Of a stretch of 64,000 nucleotides of DNA, positions 50,399-62,300 are shown piece by piece; position 1 is the stretch's first letter, and every line of letters begins with the position of its first letter. The stretch is from contig CAJINV010000004.1 in NCBI GenBank assembly GCA_905178155.1, positions 6,910,358-6,974,357 of the forward strand, in the 5' to 3' direction. The notes beneath the pieces are model-generated. The model had not been told where the DNA came from and searched no databases. It saw only the letters and a program-made list of their open reading frames with translations. The stretch is from Amoebophrya sp. A120 (lineage: Eukaryota; Protista; Dinoflagellata). The translations under genes and the position numbers were made by a program.

Positions 50399-53300
50399 TC
50401 ACCTCCGATTCCCGAGTTCCTTGCTGCGTGAAACCATGCCCGCAAAAATCCCATTGGGACGGTGCGCAAGGTCCTGCAGATCCCCGAATTCTGCAACGTG
50501 ACCGTTGTCCAAGACAAGGACCTGGTACAATTGATTCGGTTTTCAAGAACAATATTTGAAAAATAATTGTTGAAATCGAAATCCAAATCACTATCACAGT
50601 CCTCGTGCGCCCTTAGAAATAAAATCGCGTGTTGACAAGATCTTCTTGAGAACTTTTTGTTCTAACACTATACCTTATCGTAATCTGCCACGGTTTCCAA
50701 TCGATGCGCAATAGTCAACACAATCGCGTTCCCGTGTTCCTTGCTCCAATCCCGGAGCGACTCCTGCACTTTTTTGTCCGTTTCGAAATCTACCGACGCA
50801 GTGGCTTCGTCGCAGATCAGTAGCTCCGGCTTCCGGAGCAGCACCCGGGCGAGGCAAAGCAGCTGCCTTTCTCCCACGGAGAGGTCGGTCCTATCAAATG
50901 CAAAAGCGTCTGGGTCTGGAACTTTGCTCGACTTGTCATGCAGGTCTTCCATGACCCACATGATCTGTAATGGAGGACCTAGCATGACAGATTCCGCGAG
51001 ATCACTATCATGCCTATCCTGCATGAGAAACTGCCTCTCAACTTGATCAAAAGTGGGCAGCATTTGGTAATCACGCAACACAGGTTTTTGCGTGATTCAG
51101 ATTTAGCATGACAAGTTCCAACCTTCCAGACCCAGACATTTTTGCAGTGCATAGCTCCCTTCGGATTGCAACTTCCGGTTCAAAACGCTGTAGTAAAGCT
51201 CGTCGTCGAGCACGGGCGAGCCTATTTCAAAGTACTGTGGCTGGGATGTTGTTGAAAAAGGTTTTTTACGCGTCTCTTTCGCAGGTGTCGTGGTTCCAGC
51301 TGTTTCTGCTGCCATTATGGAAAGAAAAAAGTTTGTCACAGTCACTAACTTGCAGGTTTTGCATTACAAATTTTTTTAGCATCACAAGTTTTCCTTGTAT
51401 TGCAGAAACACTAGGGAAATCCCCTATGAAGCTTAGCTGTCATGCATTTTTACGCATGACAGCCAATTTTGTATTGCAAAAATGCGCATGAGTGATCGTG
51501 ACGAACCTTTTTTGTTTGATAGCCATGGCTGTACTTGTACTCCTGGAAGGGCGTTTACTAGTATATTCATTCCGATCAACATCAGAAACAGGAGGAGAGA
51601 CGACCTTGCCTTGCCGCGTCTCAACATTGTCGTTGCTATTCTTATTCGTATCGATCCCCAGAGCGCGCGCGTGCTCATCCAAGTCCGCGATAGTTGTCAT
51701 TATTTGTGGTCGGTTATTTATTTTCTTCTGCTGCTGAACAACACTCGCGACAGGGACCAACTCCAGCCCGTTCCCCGCAACCGCACCGCCCGCTAGCAGA
51801 TCGCCGCCGGGCGAGGGGGGAGAACTTAGAATGGGTGGGCTGGGGCTCGACCAAAAGTTGGAAGTTGTAAACCGGGTATGCCTACTGCTTCGCTTGGAGG
51901 TGACCCACTGGGTCGGCTTGGAAGTGGTCGAAGTCGACGTTGTTTCCGTTTCGCTTGTCTGCCCGAGGACAGCGGTAGTTGTATTCCTTGGCAGATTATA
52001 GACAACAGTCGGATCTGGTAATGTTACCCTGCCTGTAGTCCTCTGCGTGGTGGTCCTTACTTGCGAAAGTGCTGGAGCGGTTCTTGTTTCCAGTGCTCGT
52101 GCGTCAACGTCTGCACTGGTCTGCTGGTCCTCACCAAAGTAGCCTCCTAACGACGCCAACGAATTGCAGGAGGAAATCGCGGTTTGTCGAAAAGCCGGCA
52201 CCGCGGTACTGCAACTGGAAACACGATACTGCTCGTCTTCTGGCTCCGGCTCGGAATTATAGTTTCTATTTGCCGGTTTGATTGTAATGCCGATATCCGC
52301 TGCGAGCAGCAGTTCCCGTTCAACATCCTCGTCTTCCTCATTTTGAAGACCACTGGTGCTTCCACCACCACTCGCCAGCAAGTTCAAGTTCACCTGGCTG
52401 TTGTCGTTCTTCAAGACTATATCCAGTGGAAAATATTAAGCATCGTACTAGTATAAACTGCATGCCAAGTGATTTTCTTAAGACGAAAACTGAAATCAAT
52501 ATTGTCATGCTGATTCAGGTACAGAAACTGCTACTGCATTTGTTTTTGTCGTGCATAAGTGCAATTTGGTATACGAGAAGTACGATACTACATTTGCAAC
52601 GCGTAGACTGGGAAATGCGCCAATTTCAACGCCTGGACACATTCCTGATCGGTGAATTCGTCGAATGGATCGAGATTGTAACGTAGAGTGACACCGCCGA
52701 AAACGTGCGCGGATTGGGCTATGAAAGCCTCATAATGAAAATTCTCAAAGTGGAAATCACTTTTGATGCACGATATGCGATGCAAAAAAGACTGTGCTGC
52801 AGAGGACGCAATAGAGGCCGATTATTGTCCTTCTAGGGGTGAAGAATTGGAGTTCTGAATAGCAGAACAAAAGGGCACCCCTTTGCCTTACCCAGCATGA
52901 CAGACATGATTTGAGTGCCATGGAAATTTGTCATGCGCCACATAGAAGTGGCGCTTCAACTGGAGTGGTTTTTTGCATTACAAGCTATTTTCACTTTGAG
53001 GATTTCCAACCTGAGGCTTTCATATGGGCGATGATCCCCAGTCTCTTCCTTGCCGAGTCCACGGGTAAGTCTTTGAGCAAATCGACCCCGTTTATGCTGC
53101 ACACCCTCGCGGTCACGTCCTCTGCGAGTCGAAACAATGCCGCGGTTAAGCTCGACTTCCCGGCGCCCGTTCTTCCAACCACCGCGCACCTCTCCCCCGG
53201 ATTCAAATAGAAGGAGATGTTGTGTAGCGTGTCGGGCAGCTCCTGGCGGTAGCGAAGTCTTAAGTTAGAAATCAGCAACCCCTTTTTGATGTGCACGGGC

Positions 53301-56300
53301 GTCGTAGTCGCCGTTTCGCCGTGGAGGTCTTTGGAGCTGAAATCGTTCAGGAGAATGGAACGACTGGCGGCTCTTGCTCCCCCTCCCGGAGTAGCTGTGA
53401 TGTCAGCCGCTGTTGGGTAGTTTTCAGATCGATCCGACGAAAAGATCCGCCACTCCCGGACTCGATGCGGAAGCAGACTGATAATTTTTTGCCACAAGAG
53501 AACGAACAAACTTCTGATCTTCCTCAGCAGTAGCTTAAAGCTGCTCCATACGGATGCGCGACGGGTGGTGGTTGCGGTGTGTTCTTCGTGTGGTAGGTAT
53601 CCAGGAAAAAACACTCATGCCATCCCCATCCAGTTTGTCATACAAAACATGCATAGAGTCCGCTATTTGCCATGCAAAATATGGATGGGGATGGATGTTT
53701 TTTCCTGGATAGTAGGTTGCGGAAATGGTCGTGGTGGTCCTGATCGTCGTGAGATGATGGTGCCCATCCAACATCAACTTCAGTGCAGCTCCTGTCTGCG
53801 ATCGCTTTAACGGCAGTAGAATCTTTAATTTCGTCAACATCCACACCATTGTCCTCTACCAGTGCGTCCTTCCGCTTACCTTCATTCGGAACATGCGCCC
53901 CGCTGTACTCCGTCAACCGTTCGACCGAAGTGAACGCCGCCTCGGCAGAAGACATCGATATACTCAAAAAGGCCATCGAGATCCCAAGCGACAAGCACCA
54001 AATCAGGGAGAACCCGAGTTGCTCCGCTGGCAACTGGAGCCAGACGCAGGCGAGTAGAACGAAGAACGTCGTGGTCACTACGACAAATTCCACTCGGACT
54101 CCCAACCACCTCGACGCGGAGTTGAAGGCGAACAAGGCTTGCGTGTTATGCATTGCAAAAGTATCGTACTCGTACTACTTAATCGCAGTCACGCATTACA
54201 AATTTCTTTCTCACGTCAAATCCCCATTACAAATTTGCTTTCTCATGCTGATAAAATTTGTCATGCCATTTCTACTAGTACGATGCTTGTGCACTGCATA
54301 CGTGTTCTGGTTCAGCAACTTGCACATCTTCTTCTGGTACTTTTCCTCGTTGTGGAAAACGGCTATTATCAGCCTGCCCTGCAGCGTATGCAAAACAAAT
54401 GTGTCTGGCGGGTCTGGAATGTTTCAAAATTTCGTATGCTGATCTGGCATTACTCTGAGCTCTGTATTGCGTGGCAAAGAAGCAGAGCTTCTCCTGCATG
54501 TCATGCAAAGCCGCAGTTTTTCTTTCTCTTTCTAGTGCGGAATACGCAACACACACGCAGCACGGAAATACGATCTGTCATGCTTCTTGGCGGTGCATTA
54601 CAGTGCGCTGGGCTGTATCATTCACGGACTTGCATCACAACTTTCCTGACCCAGACATATATGCATTTCACACAGCGCTTCCTTCGTCAGCGACGCGATG
54701 GTATACACTGCAAAAGTATCGCACTCCTATAAATGCATTACAAATTTCCTCAGCATGATGAGAAGTAAAATTTGTAATGCGGATCTACCTTGAAAAAAAG
54801 ATTTGTAAATGCATGATTGCAATACGAGTACGAATTTTTTGCACAGGATAGATGGGTGAGCGGGACACGTTGTCCAAACGCTGAATTTGGACGATCCCCA
54901 CGCGGGCACAGTAGATGCAGTACCAGGAACCCAGCACGAAAAACGGCAAGATGATGAAGTTGTACGGATACAGCAGCTATGCACTGCAAAACTATCGCAC
55001 TCGTATTGCAATCATACATTACAAATCTTTCTCTTCAGGTAAATTCGCATTACAAATTTTATTTCTCATGCTGCGCAAATTTGTCATGCGATTTATACTA
55101 GTACGATACTTTTGCAATGCATAACACCGTCATAATTACCGCCAGAGCGCCGAGAACCCAGGAGATACAGACCGTCGCCGGGTAGACTTTGGTGAAAAGG
55201 TATCCATTGCAAATATGTCTCCTGGGTCGTCTGGAAGACTGCCAGGTTTGTCATGCAGGTTCTGCATCACCCATGATTGTCTGTGATGTATGCCCTAGCA
55301 TCACAGATTTTTAGAACTACCCTTCCTGATGCCTATTCCGCATGAGAATATTAAATGCCCTCTCCACGTCGAACAAACTGGACTCCTCCTGCTGGTCATG
55401 CAATACAGATTTTTCTAGATATCAAAAGACAGCATCACAAGTTGGATCCTTCCAGACAGCCAGGGATATTTGCTGTTGATAAAAGGACCGTGTCGACGTT
55501 TTCTGTGTCGAAGGATAACCGATTCGTGATCCTCCCGATTGGCGTGGAATCAAACCAGTGGCAGGGGGCTTCTAAAATACTCGCGAACATTATGGGAGTG
55601 CACAACTCCGCCTCCCCCTCTTTTGTCATGCAAAAGCCCAAATCCAAGTGCTTCCCTGTGGCACTGTTTACATGACAGGTTCCGGAAGCCCAAACAGTAC
55701 TACACTAGGCACATGAATTTGTCATGCACCTGCTCCACGTGTGCTGCTGTTTGTATTGCTGTTCATGCCATACAAATGAGGCGGAGGGGGACGGGTTGCG
55801 CACTCTGATAAACATCTGCGCGAAGAGCTTTTTTCCCGCCCTGGTACAGACGATCGCGAAGGAAAAGCGGGTATGAAATGCAAAAGCATCGCAGTACTAG
55901 AAATCGCATTACAGATTTGCTCAGCATTAGAAATGGAATTTGTCATGCTAATTCAGTTTCAGAGGGAGATTTGTAATGCATAGCTGTAATTAGAATTACT
56001 ACGAGTGCGATGCTTTCGCACGAGATAGCGGGTCAAGGCGCAACAGATGCAAGCGATTATGGTAAGCCGGATGTAGATGGTGGCCATAGACTCGGAGGAC
56101 TCGCTGATAGTACTCGCATCGTCGTGAGCCGCTGGGTTGTTGTCAAGATGAGCTGCATCCGCCGCGACAATTTCCGCTGCGGACGCTGAGGTATCAGACC
56201 CACCTCCTGCTGATAACGCGCCTGCTAGCCCGCACCAGGTCTTGACCGTGCGGTCGACATATCAAATGCAAAAGTGTCTGGGTCTGGAAGAGTGCAAGAT

Positions 56301-59300
56301 TTGTCATGCATATTTCTCATGACCCATGATGCCTGTAATGCATGGCCTAGCATCGCAGATTTTTAGAAAGCTTCCTGATGCACCTTCCGCATGAGAAATG
56401 CCCTATCCGTGTAGCACAAATTGTGCCCCTCTTGCTGGTTATGCAATACAAACTTTTTTAGAGTGCAAAAACAGCATGACAAGTTGCATTATTCCAGACC
56501 CAGACATTTTTACATTTGATACGACAGAGATAAAGACAAACCGCTCAATGTACATGGAGATGACACTGAACACGCCAATCGGGATAAACGCGCCGAGTAT
56601 GGATTGCAAATATGTCTGGGTCTGGTAGGATGCAACTTGTAATGCTTGCTTTCCACACCTAGAAAATCTGTATTGCATAACCAACAAAAGTCGCAGCCTC
56701 TTTTGTACATGCAGAGACGAAGTTTCTCATGCGGATTGCCTAGTATGGGAAAGCGTTCTGCAAAGTTGTCATGCTGGGTTGCATTCGGAACTGTTTCCAT
56801 CATCCACATTTTAGCATCACAAGTTTCCAGACCCAGACATATTTGCATTTGATACCGAGCGCAACGAACCAATTCCACATGGCACCGCGGAGGGACACGA
56901 TGGAGCCGGAGTCGTCTTCCCGGGTCATCAAAGCTCCTGCTCCATATGGCGTTCTCAACTGTTACATCCTCAACTGTTCCATGGATTTGTGATGCAAGAA
57001 CGGCAACACAGAAAGAGGGGACCTTGCGCGTCTTGCATGACAGATTTCGCACAGATTCTCAGCCTGTTGGGCTCTTCGAGAATTTGTAATGCGAAGCAGC
57101 TTGATCGTGTCGACTCTGAGTCTGATTGCAACTTTGCATAACAAATCATGTAACAGTTGAGAATGTAACATTTGAGAACGCCATACCCCACCGGTGGAAG
57201 CTGTAGGTTTGGCTGTAGTGTCTGTCTCTGTGTGGAGGTCATCACCTTCTGGGCCTCCACCTGTTCCGGACCTACATGAGGCCGCCGCCGCGGTTTGAAG
57301 ATTCAGTATTGCACCAGGAACAGTACCTGGATTTGGCAGAATGCAGGGACTCTGCTTCATCGTCCCCGGTATTATTGTGCCCTCAGAAGTACCGCGCTCA
57401 TTGTCATTCACCAACCAGTCCTCCGTGTGTTTCACCTGTCCTCCGCATATGCAATGCAATTAATTTCCCGCACACCCAAGTACAAAATGCATCACAAATT
57501 TCGACGCCAACTTGAAGCGCAACACCTCCTGTCATGCTGACGAGGATCGAATGCGAGGCTTGTCATGCAGACACCGCATTTCTACGTGTACGGATGAAAA
57601 TTCGCACCGGATACCGGAATCCGCGTCGATGTGTATCTTTTGTACCGCCATGGCTGGTAGACACACGCCCGCTCGCGCGTGAGCGGTTCGGAGGGCCGCG
57701 CCACAGAGATTTCCGGCACAGATGATGGTGACAGTGGTCTTCTTCTTTGCTGGAACAACAGCTCGTCCAGGTGTTCGTTTGCTAGATGAAGACGAGGATT
57801 TTGTTGTACTTGGCAAATTTTGATTTTGTTCCAGCCTATGCTTCAATTCCAGGAGGTTTTTGGCGACCAAAACCGCGGTGCCCGCATCTAACGCGGCGAA
57901 GACGTCGTCGAGAAGGAAAACGAGGTGACAAGACGAGGTACTTGCTGCAGAGGCCGCAGATTTGGACAGTTTCCAGTCAACATCATCATCATCATCACCT
58001 CCCACGACCCGCCGCTCCTCCTCCTCTAGACCGCAGTAGTGGTGAAAGAGTCCGCAATACACCGCTCGGGCCACCTATGAGAGTGCACAACTCCCCCTCC
58101 CCCTCATTTGTGTTGCATGAACAGCAACTGCAACACAAGCGCGTGCAAAGATGCAGCTTTTGCATGACAAATTCCTAGAGGATTGTAATGCTCTTTTGGC
58201 TTTCGAGATATCTGTCATGCGAAAGCTGCATCTTTGCCAGCGCTTGTGTCGCTGTTCATGCAACACAAATGAGGGGAAGGGGAGTTGTGCACTCTCATAC
58301 CAGCGCGATCCGCATTTTCTGGCCGCCGGACAACGTGCCTATCCAGTGCAGAAGTATCGCACTCGTACTAATTCTAATTGCAAGTATGCATGACAAATCT
58401 TCTTCCTAAGATAAAACAGCATTACAAATTGCGTTTCTCATGCTGAGCAAATTTGTAATGCAAATTGTACTAGTACCCGATGCTTTTGCATTGCATAGTG
58501 ACCCCGCGCTCCCCGATCTCCGTCTCGTATGCATTGCAAAAGTATCGTACTAGTATAAATCGCAATACAAATTGGCTTAGCATTACAGCTTGAATTTGTA
58601 ATGCGGATTTACCTAACCAACTAGATTTGTAATGCATAACTGCGATTACTACGAGTACGATACTTTTGCACAGGATATCTCGTCCCTTTGCGCAAAGGTT
58701 GCGATGTCCGGCTCTATCACAAGAAAAAATGTCATTTGGAATTTGTGATGCAGAAATGCATCACAAGACGTGTCAGAATTTGTCATGCATAGCATGCATA
58801 TTGGGCTACATTTGTGATGCATGATTGCAATCCGTGAAAAACGTTAATGTTACACACTTTTTCCTGTGATAGGCTCCAGGTTCGCGACAAAGACCGCCTC
58901 GGTGTAACACTTTCGGTGGAATTTTTCGTTGATCCTGTCTGTCGATCTGAAACGATAAGGATAAAAACTCTCATCCTGCTTTTTATCAGTTTCAATATTG
59001 CCGGATGATGAATACAGAGCCGGCTTCGTTAGAAAGAAAACCACATTGTCGAAAATCGTCGCGTTTCTGATCCAGGGCGTTTGACTCACGTAGAGCAAGT
59101 GAACATTGTGCTCTACGGATTTTTTGATTTCCAAAGCATTTCTGTTCACCGCAGAAGTTGGCGTGATGTTCGTGTCACCGAGTAAGGTGTGGAGAAAAGC
59201 AGTTTTTCCCGCCCCGGTCTTTCCCGTGACCTCCACGAGGTCGCCAGACTGGATTTGAACTTTCAGGTTTTATCAAATGCAAGAATGTCTGGGTCTGGAA

Positions 59301-62300
59301 GGTTGGAGCTTGTGATGCTAACTTTGGACTCTGAAAAAATCTGTATTGCATATATCAGCAAGAGGAGTCTAGTTTGTGCTACGCGGGGAGGGCATCTTTC
59401 ATGCGGACTAGGCAGCAGGAAGTGTTCTGAAATCTGTGATGGTAGGGCATACATCACAAACAATCCTGGGTCATGCAAAATGTGCATGACAAACCCGGCA
59501 ACCTTCCAGACCGAGACATTTTTGCATTTGATAGGTTTGACAGGACTACGTTTGAAGAAGGTGGTCCACCTCCCGACGAGGAGGATGCTGATGATGTGCC
59601 GGACCCGGTCCTATGAAGTTGTAGCTTTGTTTCTTTGTTCTTTTCCAGCACAACCTTTGCGTCGACACGTTCTTGACCTTCGTTTCTTTTGCCTGCTTGC
59701 ATGGTTAATTTTTCATCCGCCGTCCACCTAACATCAGCTCCGTCGACGTCGAAGAGGATTGTAGTAGCAGGGCTTGCAGCTGTTGTTGTGCTGCTGCTGC
59801 TCCTGCTTTGCGTCGCAGGAGTGTTTCTGTTTTTCAGTAGTTCGGTTATTTTACCCGCTGTTTTTTTCTCTTCCTCCAGAAGATTCGCTTGCTTTTCCGT
59901 TCCTACCTGACATGAAGTAGACGCTGTCCCACCACGACGATAGTTTTCACCTATCGAGCTTGTCTGCAAAAACGCTTCCGCCTTCTGCAACACGTAGTAG
60001 CACTGCGTGGCGTTTCCCCAAATTTGCCCCATCTGCTGCAACGGGAACCGTAGGATCATCGTGAAACCGAGCAGGCAGAAGGTCATTTCCGGGGTGAGTT
60101 GCTTCACTTTTTCCCCCTCCCCCACCGCTTCTTCGTTTCCGACAACGAGAAACACGTACGTCAACAAACACACCGCCTGGGCGAGCAAGTATGAATTGCA
60201 AAAGTATCGCGCGTAGTATAAATTGTACAATAGGCGTGGGCCTGTAGGCGTTAATTCGGGGTGGGTTGGTTGGTCGGTTGGTTGGTTATGCAAATTTCCC
60301 GTGGAACCAAACCCGCTGCGCTGTATCTTGTGTTTTTCTGAGATTCATCTAACTACTATCACCGTTGAAGCTGCCTACCTACCCACCTACCGCCTCTCTT
60401 TACGATCGTACTACCGTGATCGCGCCGACCCAACTACCTACCTACCCCTTTCCACCCAGAGGAGATCGGTGACCACGCCTACCGACCCACCCACCCACCT
60501 GCCGGGTGGGTGGGTGGGCCGAGCTTGCGTTGCCTATTGGCCACGCCTACCGACCTACCCACCCACCTGCCTGGTGCGGGGGGCAAGGGTGCGCGGCCTA
60601 TGCATTCATTGGCCACACCTACCGGCCTACCCAACCACTTGCCTGGTGGGCGGGTGGGGTGAGCGTGCGTTGTCTATTGGCCACGCCCAACGACCTACCC
60701 ACCCCTCTGCCTGGTGGGGAGGGTGGGGCGCGCGTGCGTTGCCTATTGGCCACGCCTACCGACCTACCCACCCACCTGCCGGGTGGGGGGGGGCAGGCGT
60801 GTGCTGCCTATTGGCCACGCCTACCGACCTACCCACCCACCTGCCTGGTGGGGGGGTGGGGCGAGTGTGCCTTGCCTATTGGCCACGCCTACCGACCTCC
60901 CGGCCCACCTACCTTGGCACGGGTGAGCATGCGCTGCCTGCTGGCCACGCCTACCGACCTACCGACCCACCTGCCTTGGCACGGGTGAGCAAGCATGCGC
61001 TGCCTGCTGACCACACATGCCGACCCACCCACCCACCTTCCCTGGCAGGGGTGAGGGCGCGCCCTAAAGGTTCAACGCTTCGACCAGACACAGACATACT
61101 TGCACCCAATGCGATCCCAGGCACTTAAGTTTGTTCTTGGTTCTCAAATTGATTCTGATCCTCAGTGACTTTGTTGTGAGTGGCACAATCACAACGAGAA
61201 AAGAAAAACAAATCCTCTGCCTCAGGGTCAGGCCTTCATTGGTGCGCTGGCTTGGTTCGTTTCATTCTCACAAGATGAAGCCGAGCTCCTTCGGCGGGAG
61301 GAAGAAAAATGTCGCAGCTCGTTCTCTCTGGCCCTGGCCTGCGCACGCAGTGCGCTTTGTGGCGAGGGTGGAGAAGCGCCGCGCATAGACGTATCGCCTA
61401 CCTCAGTGTATGTAGTTCACTCTATCGCAACTAAAACCCCGATCACTTGCGAGGGGAAATCTAAAAGCTGCCATAGCAGTGGGGTTCTAGACTTCAAGTG
61501 GCGCCCCGCGGATGCGGTCGGCGTTGTGGCCGTGCCGCGCCGATGGGCCCCGGGCAACTAAAAGCGCCACAGGCTGCTAGATCAAAGACCGCCCTTTACG
61601 GGCGGGGCGCTTTTCATCAGGATGGGCATCATTTCACCCATTTCGGTGCCCGCGATAGCAAACCGTTTACGCGGGAGCCTTTGCGGGCCACCACACACGG
61701 GCCAGGCGTCGCCGGCCTGCAGCCAAGACTGTCTCTGAGCAGTTGTAGTTCTTCATCACTTCACTCTAACTGGGCGCTGCCCCAGCTCCCGCATTTTCGT
61801 TGTCACACGCATCAAGAAGTAGGTGGGTGGGAAGGTAGGTGTAGACGCGCCTCCGTTGCGCCCCGCAAGTGAAAATCGCCCACACCTGGAGGACACGCGG
61901 ACGCATCATTGTCCAATGACGACCAACCAACCCACCTACCCACTGCTCAGCCACGAAGGAGGGCGTGATCTTTTTTGTTTCGGTTGATTATGAATGGACG
62001 AGAGGAGCGTCAGTATCACGAGGTAGGTAGGTAGGGAGGTAGGTGGGTAGCGTGCATCTCATTCCCGATATCAAAGCACAACTTTCTCCAGCTTCGATTG
62101 TGGGAAGCAGAACGTCGTCGACAGACTCACGTACATCAGGATAAGCGAAATAGCGACACCGCGACGCCGAATATGTCTCCGCCACAATACGTCCACCACC
62201 AAACGCAAACCAGACGCACGTCGACCTCGCCACGCACTGCGACTCCGGAAGAATGTTTTTCTATAACCCGCGACGGCCCGCCGTCTTCAGCATTTGCATA

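Noticed and set aside
655-59731. Many short ORFs sharing peptides such as LPDPDIFAF, CKSIVLV, MKASGWKSSK
   Set aside because: These are translations of introner TIRs, not a protein family.
60223-61128. 301-aa plus-strand ORF as a possible transposase
   Set aside because: It is a translation of the tandem array, with no DDE, BED or Myb-like features.
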